From the NCBI RefSeq assembly GCF_001949145.1, contig NW_019091362.1, positions 238,604 to 302,603 on the forward strand: a stretch of 64,000 nt of DNA, in the 5' to 3' direction. The position numbers and the translations under genes are program-made. The notes under the pieces were generated by a model that was given only the letters and a program-made list of their open reading frames with translations, was not told the DNA's origin and ran no database searches. This document shows positions 13,632-28,800 of this stretch, in pieces (positions within the stretch are counted from its first letter, which is position 1; the number at the start of each line of letters is the position of its first letter). This DNA is from Acanthaster planci. Taxonomy: Eukaryota.

Positions 13632-13783
13632 ATGGTGACGTTACCAGTTTCGTCTGCTTTCCTGCTGTTGGCGGGAATCGTAGCTATTGAAGGAATCGCA
13701 CCGATTCGAAAAATTGCAGAAAAGGTTCCTGATAGCTACATCATTAAAGTCAAAGTAAGTAGAACGGGATGTGTATTTGCGTA

Positions 13784-13844
<61 letters not shown>

Positions 13845-16800
13845 ATGACCATGTTGATGTCATTGTACATGCGTCAATTGCCGGATTCCTATCAATAATC
13901 CACTTCTTAATAATCTGCAATGTCGGTTGTTTTGCGTGTATGTTTGTGAAATCTATTCGTTAAGCTGTCTTTTGGAGGTACTTCCTATCGTTAACTGTTC
14001 CCTGCACTGCTAACCAGCCGGTCTAACCAAGCACACATTCCATGCACATATATCAAATGGTATGTTTACATTTTCTTCTCAGACTGTGTCGTCCATTTCG
14101 TTGGGAAATCCATTTTTAATTTATACGTGTGATGTCCATCCGTCAGCTTTGCCCTGGATATCTTTATATAAATACATGTGCATAGTTTGATTCAAATCAG
14201 CACCCAGATGCTGACTTTTCAATTCAAACTCTTTTTCTTCAGTACGGTAACAGAATTGTTGCAATGCTCTCTGTAAAATATTGGCTTTACGAATCAAGCA
14301 TTCGTTCTACCGCTGTAGAAAATGTTGTCCAGGCTAGTGCCTATTTTAACCTTATTTCCTAGGATGATTATGACGTGGATGTTGTGGCTAAAGAACTCGA
14401 AGAACACGTAATCATGCATCAATCGGGGGGTAGGCTGACCCATAGGTACAAGAGATCCTTTCGGGGATTGAGTGCACATCTCCCCACCAAAGAAGCTGTC
14501 AACCTGGTGAGTATTCAGCCATTTCATGTCGGCTACAAAAGACAGAATCACTGAAATAATTACACTGTAGGCCTATCGTCGCCATTCCACACTGACCTCA
14601 AGGATCGATCAAGAACCTAAATATTTCAATTTGTTTTATGTAACCTTTACGTTTCAAAAGTGTATGAGCTACATATTTTTGAAGGAAGGAAAATGAAACA
14701 GACCAAAAATTCGCTCCTCATTATGAAAAAAAATCTCTATTTTGGAAAGATCCGCCCCCCATCCGCCCTCGACTGAGTTAATGTACAGCTGGCCATAAAT
14801 TATAGGACAGGTTTTTATGAAACACGCTCACACGTTTCAGAAGAACTCCAGCAGTTACCAAACTGAACCTAAATGCCACAAAGATAGTTTGTCATTAGCG
14901 GCATGGCTCTCGGTTGGCAGGCTTTTAGGACGTGGGTCTAATTTGCCAAGCCAGTTTTGGCCCGTGTTACGGGCAAAAAGTCTTAAACCTCAAGTCAATT
15001 TAAATGCCGCATAAATCTGTATGGGGCATAAACTTTATAGTCCTTTTTTCTCTTACCAAAGTATTTCACGTATGTCTTCTGCAAACCCTCTCATATTACC
15101 ACAGCTATACCTTTCTGGTTTATGCTGGTTTCGTGATGTACGACATAAAGAATCTAAATTTTCTTTCCCCCGATTGCACGAGGTCCCCTTTCCAAGGTCG
15201 AGTTCGGGCGGCCTGTTCTTGACACGGGTTTCTCGAACGCTCGAACGGCAGGAACACGACTCAAAACACTGTTCTCGGAACAGGATCACACACCACCTCT
15301 TCGTCAGGGTTTTACAGGAACACACGGAAAACTCGTGAGATTTTGATTTTTGAACAGCTGCAAAAAGTAGAGAGATGGCTTCCAAATCCACAGACAATGG
15401 GAAGTTTTGCAAGATTAACATTAATTATTTTCCGTAACACAGAAATGAATGTTCCTGTTAATACAGAAAAGAATTCAGCCCATCGAAACATTAACTCTCG
15501 AATAACGTAGCCTACATGGACGCCGCCATGTTGCATATATGTTGCTTGTCACTAACTACCAGCGGTAACTGGTTGTTTGTTCCGGCGTTCGAGCGGCCGA
15601 CAACAAACAACAAATCGAGCTGTTTGTGAACAGATGGGTACATGCCGCCCGAACTCGGCCTTGTAAGTGTCTGTACTAGAGCCTAAAAGTTTATCCCTGG
15701 TGGCGCCCTTCAGGAACCAAAACGTGCAAGCATTTTAGAATTTGTAATTTTTTTGTTCAGTTACTTCTTAAAAACTCTACTCGTAAAAAGACCTTTTGTA
15801 AAATATTTGCTAGCATATCGATTTATGGAAACTGAAAAAACTACCTGACCTAAAAGAGAAATATTCTGCCATAACTGACCTATCACTTCTAAAAATTTTA
15901 AATACATGAAATAGAACAGTGTAATTCGGTGGTCTAATAAGCAGATGAACAGTTACGGAAGTTACTCCATGGTAGTCTTTCTGACTGCAGGTAGGTAAAT
16001 CTTGGCAAAATTGTACAATCTCGAGTAAACAAGGAGACCTGGGAATGATACTACAGGAAGTAAAAAGTCGTTACTGAAATTTGTTTTTTTACCCATCTGC
16101 AGGTGACTCCTCCTTACGAGGACAAAGGGAAAATTCTGACATGAGTGTTTCTTGGGATGGTTTCAGTTAGGAATCATTCTTCCAAAAATTATCGAACGTA
16201 TACGGAAGCTCGTTAATTATGATCAAATATTGTGTTTTGGGGCGCAAATCATGCACGGTATCATCGTACGTTTATGGACCCTAAACGGACGTTTGGCCTA
16301 TTACGGATTGTCCAGGAGAAAGAAAGTCATCGATTGTTGATGTTGCTCTTTTCATACTGAAGCAAACACGGGGGGGGGGTGTTCGAGCGAGCTACTCGTG
16401 GTAACACGACTATACTCCTGAGCGTTCGTACGTCTGGAGTACGACCCGCCAGTCAGAGACAGTATACTCTCGCCGGGGGTGGAGCATACTCCTGCACCCA
16501 AGTGTGCCATGCGCACACATCCTACACGTATGTTAACAGGAGTAACCACGCAAATGCACTCAAACATTGATTTCAGTGTGCGGTGCGTGCGAGGTGAGTC
16601 ACGAGAGGGCTCATTTCATTTCATTTATTATTTCGAAGGTCAATAAAATAAAATGACCAAAAAAAAGCGCTAATAAGTTAACCTAATAACTATCTGGTAG
16701 CTCTCCAGGCGCATTTACAAAGTAACAAAACAGAAAGAAGAAAGCTTTAACACATACAGGGACAAAAAATTATAAAGTAGAATACAGGAATAATTTAACA

Positions 16801-19800
16801 CATACACTAGACACTCGGACGAACAGGAAACAAGAAAAATTACATTACAAACACTCAACCCTAGGGGAAAAAATCAAAATCCATACAGAAACAGGACTCT
16901 CCCACACCCCCACCCAATGAAGAAATATATTATGTATGATTTAAAACAAATAACGTAAAAGATTAAACCGAAAACGGGACACAGATTACAAAAATAGCGA
17001 TGGGATACAGACAGTATTGATAAAAAATACATATAAATATGTAGAGAATAAATTTAAAAACATTTAAAATCTAAATTAAAAGAATATAAAATTAAAACAC
17101 ATAGAACCCACTGTTATAAAAAAGTTCTTTACGTAATGTGCACACCTGGCACAAACCAGAGAAATTTAAGTTTTGAGGTAAACAAGGTGTGACTAAACAA
17201 GACACTGTTCGTTCCATTGGAAGGCAAAGTTGCCCACTCACGAGGGAATCTAACCAATAAGGAATGGAACAAAGCTTTTGTTCTGGAGTAATGATAAGTG
17301 AAAACAACTTGAATCATGAGCTGCTTGTTAACCCGGACATGATTGTCTATGTCAATCAAATCTATGATAAAAAAATTAATAATAAAAATGACGGATAAAA
17401 AACGAAATCTATTAATAAGATACGGCAGTCCAAGTCTGGTGCATCGGAGAGGGTACTCAATGTTGATAACATTGGAATTAATGAAATGTCGCCGGGAGAG
17501 GCCCAAATATGATCTATNNNNNNNNNNNNNNNNNNNNNNNNNNNNNNNNNNNNNNNNNNNNNNNNNNNNNNNNNNNNNNNNNNNNNNNNNNNNNNNNNNN
17601 NNNNNNNNNNNNNNNNNNNNNNNNNNNNNNNNNNNNNNNNNNNNNNNNNNNNNNNNNNNNNNNNNNNNNNNNNNNNNNNNNNNNNNNNNNNNNNNNNNNN
17701 NNNNNNNNNNNNNNNNNNNNNNNNNNNNNNNNNNNNNNNNNNNNNNNNNNNNNNNNNNNNNNNNNNNNNNNNNNNNNNNNNNNNNNNNNNNNNNNNNNNN
17801 NNNNNNNNNNNNNNNNNNNNNNNNNNNNNNNNNNNNNNNNNNNNNNNNNNNNNNNNNNNNNNNNNNNNNNNNNNNNNNNNNNNNNNNNNNNNNNNNNNNN
17901 NNNNNNNNNNNNNNNNNNNNNNNNNNNNNNNNNNNNNNNNNNNNNNNNNNNNNNNNNNNNNNNNNNNNNNNNNNNNNNNNNNNNNNNNNNNNNNNNNNNN
18001 NNNNNNNNNNNNNNNNNNNNNNNNNNNNNNNNNNNNNNNNNNNNNNNNNNNNNNNNNNNNNNNNNNNNNNNNNNNNNNNNNNNNNNNNNNNNNNNNNNNN
18101 NNNNNNNNNNNNNNNNNNNNNNNNNNNNNAGTGAGGAAAACAACATTTATATCAGTCTTAGTTCAATACCTCCTCTTTTCTTGGTATTGTTTCCCTTTGT
18201 TTATTTACTTTAGTTCACAAGGTCCTCTGTAAAGTTGCCTCCCGGTCAAGGCAGTTCAGAACAGCATACCAGCACTGAAGTGAAGCGTGTACATGTCCTT
18301 GTACATGCACATGTATGTTCAGAGTGGTACGTGCGCCCTGCTTGTGTTTTGTCCTCCATGGTCTGCTCAAGTCATTGATTGGTTGTTCAAGTGCACATGT
18401 ACTTGAAAGGCCACTTTTACATACTGTGTTAGTTTTGTTTTTTAGTCCTTTTAAATCTTTAGTCTTTTGATTTTAGTCCTTTCAAAGTTTTTTGTCCTGA
18501 AGTCCTTTTTTTCCTTTTTTTTTGCATTTTTTGTTCAGTTCTTCATTAATAAATTCTTTTGTGTCTTTTTTAAAAGTCAAATATTGGTGTCTGAGTCCTT
18601 ATTAATTCAGTTTCCTGCGACGTTTCTCAAAGATCCTTGGTTTAGTTAGAGTTTTTGTTGTTTTGCGAGTTCCCCCAACGCCTTGGTCAAGGCTAGGGTG
18701 CCGAAGCTCACTGAGTGACAAAGTCAGGCTCTATCCAGCTCAGCAGTAACTGCCTGTGTGTTAATTCATGGAGTAATTGGACAAGGTTAATTGAAGTGAC
18801 CGAGCGGCCATGGATATTCAATACTATGGCCTCTAACTCAGTTCAGTCATTTACGCCACGGACGTATATCAGAAAATCTGGACTAATGCCCTGGCTTAAG
18901 CAGCTTATAGGGATTATTGAACCATTAGCGGCATTTTCACCGAGCCAAATACAAGCTTGTCTGGCAATGCCCGCCTTTGTTCTCCCTGGCAAATAGAGAG
19001 CCTGAAAGTAAAAGGTCACGCAGCAAGCTTTCGGAACCCTCGCGCGGCCCTCCTATGATGGGGATTTTACATTGGGCCATCCTATAGGGTCCAGTCCACT
19101 AATTCAAGCCCCATTGAAAACATTCTAAAATCAGCACCGTTCAGGGCCCAATNNNNNNNNNNNNNNNNNNNNNNNNNNNNNNNNNNNNNNNNNNNNNNNN
19201 NNNNNNNNNNNNNNNNNNNNNNNNNNNNNNNNNNNNNNNNNNNNNNNNNNNNNNNNNNNNNNNNNNNNNNNNNNNNNNNNNNNNNNNNNNNNNNNNNNNN
19301 NNNNNNNNNNNNNNNNNNNNNNNNNNNNNNNNNNNNNNNNNNNNNNNNNNNNNNNNNNNNNNNNNNNNNNNNNNNNNNNNNNNNNNNNNNNNNNNNNNNN
19401 NNNNNNNNNNNNNNNNNNNNNNNNNNNNNNNNNNNNNNNNNNNNNNNNNNNNNNNNNNNNNNNNNNNNNNNNNNNNNNNNNNNNNNNNNNNNNNNNNNNN
19501 NNNNNNNNNNNNNNNNNNNNNNNNNNNNNNNNNNNNNNNNNNNNNNNNNNNNNNNNNNNNNNNNNNNNNNNNNNNNNNNNNNNNNNNNNNNNNNNNNNNN
19601 NNNNNNNNNNNNNNNNNNNNNNNNNNNNNNNNNNNNNNNNNNNNNNNNNNNNNNNNNNNNNNNNNNNNNNNNNNNNNNNNNNNNNNNNNNNNNNNNNNNN
19701 NNNNNNNNNNNNNNNNNNNNNNNNNNNNNNNNNNNNNNNNNNNNNNNNNNNNNNNNNNNNNNNNNNNNNNNNNNNNNNNNNNNNNNNNNNNNNNNNNNNN

Positions 19801-22800
19801 NNNNNNNNNNNNNNNNNNNNNNNNNNNNNNNNNNNNNNNNNNNNNNNNNNNNNNNNNNNNNNNNNNNNNNNNNNNNNNNNNNNNNNNNNNNNNNNNNNNN
19901 NNNNNNNNNNNNNNNNNNNNNNNNNAACGGAATTCTTCTTTCTATACATGTACCCGGTACCTCAAGAACAGACTTCCACTATTCAACATGATTAGATGCA
20001 ACCATGTGTTGTAGAGCGCTCTCTCTCTCTTCAGCCTTCACTTTGCACACCTGGTAAAAATAGCTATCAACAACACTGTGTGGTGCACTCTGTGACTTTC
20101 TAGTATTGAGTAGCGCATTTGCATATCTACAGAGTCATACATGAGCAGGCCAGCATCTGACAATAGTAATCTGAACTTAGAGTACACATTTAATGAGACA
20201 TGTTATGTTGTCATGAACATGCTAGATGCATGAAACAAGCAAGCTTGTATCTTGGAAGATACAGATATTTTAGACTGTGAACTTGCTTGTAAAATGAACT
20301 TAAATTAACTAATCAAAATGTGAAAATAAATTGTGTGTTTAGTATTATGTAATTAATTTTCTTTCTTGTATCTATTACAGGTCGAGATCATTGACTGTTT
20401 TTAATTTGTATAAATATAAATTCTCTCATGCTTTGAGGCATTGTACAAATTGTAAATAAAATATTGAATGTAGTATTCGTGCCACCACATTCCCTGTTGT
20501 CTTTATTTATTTGTTACTTCTTAACTGAGTCCTTATACCACTCGGTTACATATAGAAGCGAGCCAACCCGCGCAGTTTGCATTCGGCTCGGTAAAATGGC
20601 CGCTGGTTGGCTTCTATTTCATACAAAGGCGTTGCAAGTCTGAGGTTTTTTTCGTCCGTGATTCACGCACGCCGCTAAAGGCGGTGAGTTGTAAACTGCC
20701 ATGCATTGAATAGCCTAAGATGGCCGCCCAGGCGCTTCAAATCGGAGAGTAGAGCTGCCTACCCAATGTATAGAGAGCACCGCCTACAACAATTTCGTGA
20801 TGCATGGTACTGTTCGCGTTTTACGCATGTTCAATCGACAGACAGTCTCATGTTAATTCTAAATAACAACTTCATTACAGTATGAGGCTGTAGCGGCCTT
20901 TAACTTTACTATACTGCCTAGCTCCGAACATGAGCAGTAGGCAGGTCACAAGTTCGTAAGTTCAGAGTGGCCAATAAGCCATGAATCCAATCCCCTTGAC
21001 TCAATTCCGAGTTCCAAGCAATTGGTCGCAAATTCTTAATAATGGTTAGCCCTGACCTGACCTCCATGAACCTAGCTATCTTTGCCAGTCTTGACCTGTG
21101 TTTACAATGAAACCACTTAAATAGTAGTCAACTGACCATCACCTTGTCTTTCTTTCAGTGCGCATCGTCACTCGTATGATCACTACCTCAACTCTGACCA
21201 ACTCTTGCTGTAACAAAGTGTATATAGTATCTGTAGTTGTACAAAAACAATTTTGTCTCCGAGTGCTGTAATTTTTAGAGTCTTGTGCAACCCTACCTTA
21301 AAACCATAAAAGGCTTTATCACTGACATACAAACCGCTTATTGTACAGCATGGTAATCACAGTTCATAAAACAATATTACACTTTCCCTATCGGGATAAG
21401 GGTGCATTATAATTTCAGTTTTGTATCGCAAAAATGCTTCTATAGAGCTCAAACCACTTATCACCGGTCAGATTGACCATGGAGCTATTAAACACATGTG
21501 TATAATAGCTCCATGGATTGACTAATAGAAATAAAGTCAAGATTTGGAAGCTCAATTGGCTCAAGATTCAGCTTCCGTGAGAAAGATGCATACTTTATTT
21601 TTACACACTCTGCAGAGGGAGCCCTGCTGATTTCTGTCGACCTCGTATGCTCGGAACGAAATATTTTGTTAAGTCTTTATTACACACTTTTAAAATCAAT
21701 TCAGGCTAGAAAGTAAAAGCCAATATGATTGGAAATGATTTTTGTGTGTGTGAAATAGACCAAATATCTGTAAAATATGAGAGAAAACGATGGCAAAATT
21801 TGTGCCCCTATACATATTCTACGGACCGCTAACCACAGACGTATGTGAAAAACAACCTGGACTTGCAACGCCTTTGTATGAAACCGCAGAAGCCAACCAG
21901 CGGCCATTTTACAGAGCCGAATACAAATGCGTGGGTTGGCTTGCTTCTATTGACACCAGGGAGAACAAAGGCTAGGCGGGCAATGCCGGGCAAGCTTTGT
22001 ATTCGGCTCGGTGAAATGGCTGCTAGTGGTTCAGTAAGCTGATTACTAAGGGTATTGCAAGTCCAGATTTTTTTTAATATACGTCCTTGCCGCTGACATT
22101 TTGCTACCATGGCTATTATGAATGCATGCATAATCATGATTTATTAGTACAACGTCCATGAGTTGGCCTTCAAAATCGAGATGTGCTCTCGCTTGTCTGT
22201 ATGTACCGGTATACCATGCATGGACTCCTTCCTCCATGGGTATACTGAATGAGATGCGCTCCCACGTTGGAAGCGCTGCCTCCTTCCTCCCTCCCCCCGT
22301 CTTCAATCAAGGTGCGTGGCTGCATCCTTGATAATTTTTTTTTATACAACACATTGGGGAAACCTGACTTGAATAAAGGCTATAATCATGGCTGATTTTT
22401 TTTTTGGAGATTTTTTTTTTCAAAAAGCAGTTAGTCCGACATTTTGACAAGGTAAGCTTCTACTGGGACTAGTCCCTCCTCAAGATTGGTATTAAAACCA
22501 TTTTCTCATATGAAAGTACATAGCGTGTCCCCGGAGAGTTTGACAAACTCCAATCCCGGACACTATTAGTACAGTGGTAATATAAACCGTGGTACCCTGG
22601 ACACCAGTACAGTGGTAACTCGACGAAAAACACGCTGTGCAGCTGTGTAGTGGCTTCACTGGTGTCATGTTTTGTTACCCCCTGAGCCGCATCCCGATTG
22701 CTATGCTCGCTTGAATAGAGGTTATCTCCCTGCATTTTGTCCGCACAAAATGTCGCGGGTGACTTGTTGACTGTGCGTGTGAATGATAAATGTTTACATT

Positions 22801-25800
22801 TGGCCTGCAATGAGGGCCCACAACAGGTGGCTCACACGAGTGGTTTAAAATTTTGTGGTTTCTGGAAGAATGACCTTGGATTGCTGAACCCAAACAACCT
22901 AAGTTGCACTATGGTACGCATTTTTTGTTTGTTTTTCTTCTATTACCCGAGAATGGATACAGGCCAAAAACATGTTTTCATGCCCAAAATATGTTTTTAA
23001 AAAAATGTGGCTTTATTATTCTTTCACTGCACATTGTTTCTACAGTGGTGTAACTAGACTTGTTTACAGTTCATAATAGACTTTATGGTCGTGTTCTGTC
23101 CGAAACCCATCACTGCAGCTGCAGTATTATGTACCTTGCCGACTTGAAGAATAACTTAACACTGTAAAAATAAAACAATTATCGACTTGGCACCAACTTT
23201 CTGTCAACCAAAGCCATGCCAAAGCGAAGGAATAAGTAAACTATGACAGAAGGAATGACATTCGAAAAAGAAATTAAAAAATGGCACGTATCTACGCCTT
23301 CAAAGTGAAACTACAATTCGCATGAGAAACTACAAAATGTTCTGCCAGGAAACGCACTTCCTTTGTGTTGTAAATCAATGTAAGTGCAGTGAACGTAATG
23401 TGACCTTTTGCAGCCAGTTGAGCATGAGAGGCTGGCTCGGCTAACCGCAGACCATAATTAAGGGAAAAATCTGTAAACACATGCAGATTGCGGGAAGACT
23501 GCGAAGGTGGTGTCCTCCTGGATGTTCCAACGGAGGACTGTGCTATGGAGCTGATGCCTTTAGTTTCACTACGGTACCCTCCGTTTCAAGAAAACTTGCT
23601 GTATTCTTCAACTTCGCAACGGGCGCATTTGAGATGAGTCCTGGTTAACAATGACAAATTGTGAATAACATTGCAGAATATGGAGAAATCTTTGGAAACT
23701 TTAGCAAATTTACCCGTTAACATTTCTCAGACGATATTCCAAAGTCGTGTGTTTTCCCGTGGAGTTTCCTGTGGTGACCGAGTGTATACGCAAATAATTC
23801 CCAACATCGGGTGTAGAGACAGTAAACTATTCCATAAATAACCTCTCGCTTTCTTCTTGTTTGTTCAACAAACAAGAACATTCCGTAGAGTCATCGACTA
23901 CATTTGATAGCTGCGTAGATCATGGAGGAGGTCTGTTTTCCTTCCTCCATGCTTAGATCCAGTACATTTCCGTAGCTGTGAGAGTTATATACATGATATA
24001 TAAATCCATTTCGATTCGTGAGGTATATAGTGACAAATGTTCGGCACTACGATCTATCGATGGTGACTTCATCCTCTACACCAGTATTACTTTATTCTAG
24101 AAGGAATTGTTTGACTCACTGATGACCGTTGAAGGAAGTGTCTGGTTTGGAATTGGGTCATACACAATCACTGTAATGATTGGTGTGTGAGGGGAATACC
24201 TTCCCTGGAATTAGGCAGTTTCCTATTGCGTTATGGCCGGGGGGGGGTTTACCTGGGTTTGCCCTTGGGCAACAAGAACCTACACACTTCTTCCAAATCC
24301 AAACTAGAATATTATGGTTCAAGTCCAGTGGCGTAACTAAGGGGGGGGGACACGTCCCCCCATTGAAAATCGGTAAATAGTTTCCGTTGAAATGCAGCTG
24401 CAGTTTATTTTCCTGTGGTGTCCCTATGAAAAAAAAATGTGTAGCCCCAGATGCCCCCGGTTACCCCCTAGTTACGCCACTGTTCAAGTTAAAACAAGAT
24501 TTTAAAAGGTACCACTTTTTAAATGATGAACAAAAATAATAATAATGAACTTGTAACAGCAACTATCTTCCTTTTTCAAATTTTATGCGAAGCTGAAGCT
24601 GAGCAAACACGCGAACAAACAACACAGCCTCGATAAGGACGAACTAAATTTGAAAGTAGTTGACCAATTCCCACGAATTGGACAATTATTTTGAATAATT
24701 TCCTGTATGACATATGATCCTACCTGCCCTGATTTTAAACTTTTTGGTTTGTATTTATAAATACGAACAATTTCTTCCGTTCCGCATCGAGGCATAGTTC
24801 CACGCTCGAGTTCCCACGGGTAGTGGTAACCGATTCATTGCTCTTTTATACTATGCAGATGTAAGTTGAGGCAGTGGTATGCCCATACCGTCCTTCCATC
24901 CTTGTTGCACTCTAGAGTGTGACTTCGGAGTCATTTTTGTTAACAAGGTCATCTGAATGACACCACGCGCAACAAAATGTCAAAACATGTACAAGTACAT
25001 GTACATGTACGTCTCCTATTTTCTTGTGACTCCGTGATTGCAGTGTTACAGTATTTTACACGTTTTACGCGAAGCTTCTACATCCGAAATTTAGCACAAT
25101 ATAATTGTAGCTAGAATTGGTCATTTCCCGCTCAAAGCATAGACACGTCATACACATACAAGGTCACACATGGCAGAAACATAGGTGCGGTGTGAAACTA
25201 TAGTGGTGAGGAAATGCTCGATCAGTTATAAAAAAGGGGCTCACTGGCAATTTGCCCAGAACATTGAGAGGTCGTCGAGCTGGCTTCTTGAACCCAAACT
25301 GCCCCGCAGTTGTGTGTCCGTGAAATCCTGGTGGTAAAAAGCACAACTGAAATCGCTTGGCTGCACTTTCACGGTCGCAGTCGGTATCGTTGATAACTGT
25401 CACACTGCTCTTGTGCTCAACCCAGCGCTGTTAAGATTTCACGCTCTACGAACATGGCAAGTTTTAAGCGATTCGTTGTTTTTGCCTGGCTTGCTTTCAT
25501 CGTGGCAGTTCTGATAGCCTCAACTGTTCTTGCCATTTTGATGCGATTTGGTGATTTCAACGGACACTCTTTTCTCCTGGGCTCAGGTGATCAGAAGCCT
25601 TTACAGAGCGGGCTTTATTACGCCGAATCTTTCTCGCGTTACTACTGTCAGGATCTGGACGTGACTGTCGGTAAGGGAAGTGGGGAGGGAGCCATATTTA
25701 GTGCCTATGCTCTCCCCTCGGTCCCCTACCCGAGCGGGCAATCTTACAAGCAGATGTTTAAGCAGACAAATGCCATTGGACCTCACAGTATCTCCTCTCC

Positions 25801-28800
25801 ATTCGCCTTTCACCTTCACCGTGACCTAGGTGCTGTAGCCTGGATGAAAGTCCACGCTTGCAGTGTCACGACCTCCTTAATGTTGTACCGCTGCCCTGAT
25901 GAGTCTACCGCAGCAGCATGGCAGAAGAGTGGCAACAGCCAGGGATGCGAGGTGATGTGCCAGTATTCCAGATGTGGAGCTGTCCAGGAGAACTATTGTT
26001 ACTTCGTTGCCAGCTCTGCCGACCATGTAGATGAGTTTGTGTTTGTGCTTGCCGCACTGGAGGGCTCTCCCTTGGATAAGAGGGTTTACATCGACGGTGA
26101 CATTACACGGTATCCCTATGATCTAAGGGAGCACGTGGCCGCTTGCCTGAACACCACCCGGTGTGAACTGGCCGTCGATATGACAGGAACGACCACGGTG
26201 GTACTTGAAGTTCCCCCCGAGGTCACTGCTAACTCCATTCTACTGCAGACAGAGTGTCGGGCTCGCATCGGCATCTACTTCGCCTTCTTCTTGGGCTTTC
26301 CTCTGGCCGTAATTCTCGTCGCATCTGTGCTCGTCTTTCTCCCATGCTATATCCTCCAGAAGACACTGAAGAAGCAGAATTTTGAACTCCAAGTCAAAGG
26401 TCTTGGTGGGAATCCGAATCCCACAAGCATCCCGCCGAGTCAGCACGACGGGGCTGGACTCCTGGATAATGAGCATCTTAATGACAATTGGTGAATGTTC
26501 AGTTTTACCTTCAGATATTTTAAATTCTTGTTTACGTATCGTAGTGATAAATTACTATTCAACTTAAGTGTTAACAAAATTACACAAAAGAGTAGTTGTT
26601 GCTCAAAACTTTCTTGCAGTGTGTGCATCTAGCGTTGTTTTACTAACACATTGATATCGAATGGCAGGTTCATACAGGTTCAACGCGAAAGGACGTCAGG
26701 AAACTTCTGCAGCGAAAATTACTCGAGTTAAAATATGTGCAACTTTTTTAAAATTGCTGAACGGATATTTGATCTGACGTCACGATTTCGCGTCCGCTTT
26801 CCCGTCAAATATGAACCGTCACTTAATGTTCACTCTCGTGTCATTACTAACATCATCTCAGCCCCTTACTAATTCATCTTCGTCATTACCATCATCTGCG
26901 TTTTCACAGCCATCGTTTTGTTTCACTCCCGTATCCATCACCACGTGTTATCACACCACAACCACTATTATCGTCATCCCTCCCCACTGTACCCCTCACC
27001 ACACCCACCTCACCCACTATCAATATCACTCTCTAAATTTCAAAGAGTGAGAATTCACTCTATTCGAGTGAAAATTCAATCCCTCCGATTGAAATTAAGG
27101 ACCAGACGAACTGAAGTGAAATTTCTTCACTCCAGAAGAGTGAAATTTCACCGAAAAACGCTGAAAATAGCCCCTTTCGGTCTAAATTCTGAGTGATTGT
27201 TCACTCTTAAACGTCGTCCCTAATTTCAATCATTCCGATTTAGAGAGCATCATCATCCTCGTTATCCCCATCTCCCCGCTCTCGTCCGTTGTGTTTACTG
27301 ACATTATCGCCACTATTTCCACTGTGCATCAACTTTGACAAAAATTTAAGAAACTGTAAAAAGTGACATACATGTCACCTTTACCACCTTCATCATTGTG
27401 ATCATCTAATTAGCCCCAAATTCATCATCAATCTTTTGACCTGGTTGCTACTCCACTCCTCGTTAATAACATTCACGTTCCTTTTTTAACAGCAATCAGT
27501 GACCATTCCCGACCTCATTGCAGTCCTATCCATGGAGGAAAATATTCCTCCATGTTCTATCCTTACCATCTTTTCAACGTTTACATTTTTTCCGCTTAAG
27601 TTTTTAAGACATCATCCAGCCACCACCCTCGAATCCATTGACGTCATTATATTTCCCCTACAGAAACTCCGGTCCATACACAGAGGCCGTTCCATTAACC
27701 ATATTTTTATTCGATTGGAAGCAAAATGTAGGCATATGGGGATGCACAGTGTACGTGCTCATGTAGACTACATGTACAGAGCTCATGTAAGGACAACGTG
27801 TACATGTTGGCATTTCATAGGCCTACGCCATCTTTTTTTGTCAGCTTTCGATTTTCGGGCGTTCTGGTTGTCTCAACTTACTGCAGATTGCTTTCTGTTT
27901 ACTGTTGGAATCAGTGCCGCAGCTCATGGTGGTGACTTTGTGTACACTTGTTATTAAAACGTCAACTGTGAAATAGTTTGAACGCGGGAAAGGAGTCCGT
28001 AGTAGGCCTACTGCGACTAGTTACAGTGCCAATCAAAGAAAGTGTTTGGTCAGAGCTCCGTTGCAGTATGCTTATGTCTACATGTATTAACCACCAATAT
28101 ATCCAGCGCAGTTTTTACATTTTTTACAATGTTACGAGCATGAATATTTCTGCATCTGCATAACTTAACATATCGCGGTCAAGAAATGTCTACCAGCTTT
28201 TCCGGTTTTCCCCCAACTGTACAGATTATTTTAATTCGTTAATTTATTACATTAATGTTGATGTAAGCTGTAAGGGGGCAGGGTTTATGGTTCTTCGGTT
28301 GAGTTTTTAATTATAACTTAGATTTTTATGATTTAATTGTTTATGGGTATAGAGGTGTGTACAAACGTTTGGGAAAACAATTCTTGCGCATTTGCAATGT
28401 TTGTGATACCTATCGGTGAAGAGTTCAAAAATTCTGTTCTAGTTCGATTTATTCTATAATCCGTAAAGTGATCCTGCATAAAATGTTTCATATTGCAACG
28501 AAACATAATGACCTTATACACTAGATTTTGTCTTGTATGAGCAAATAACTAATAAAGTTAATTGAGATTTCAAACAAACGGTATTGTTTCTGTCATGACA
28601 CTTCCCTTGCTGCAGTGTTTTAATTATAAATTAAGCATGAGGAATGAAATGGGCCCACATGCACACATGTTGGGAGTTCCTATTCAACATTACACTACAT
28701 GTCAACTATCATGTTGATAGAGAACAAGGAACAATGCCATTGCTCTCCACGTAGTCAACAGCCAACATACAGTCAAGTGGGAGGATGCCAGAATCTTAAG

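Noticed and set aside
17343..19949. Long ORFs in the ORF track
   Set aside because: Artefacts of N runs
20700..20806. CATGCAT...ATGCATG 107-bp segment as another P-like element
   Set aside because: Flanks match at only 4 of 7 positions and the TIR is short
22469..22810. 113-aa minus-strand ORF
   Set aside because: No recognisable motifs or splice context
23440..23580. CPPGCSNGGLC (EGF-like) in one frame and LRE...VLLDVP (APD-paralog-like) in another
   Set aside because: Short, no supporting exons or colinear motifs; could be chance or a very old remnant
25896..25910. Additional CTGATGA motifs (also near 24120, 44336 and 58447)
   Set aside because: No stem II/GAAA/stem I arrangement, so not hammerheads
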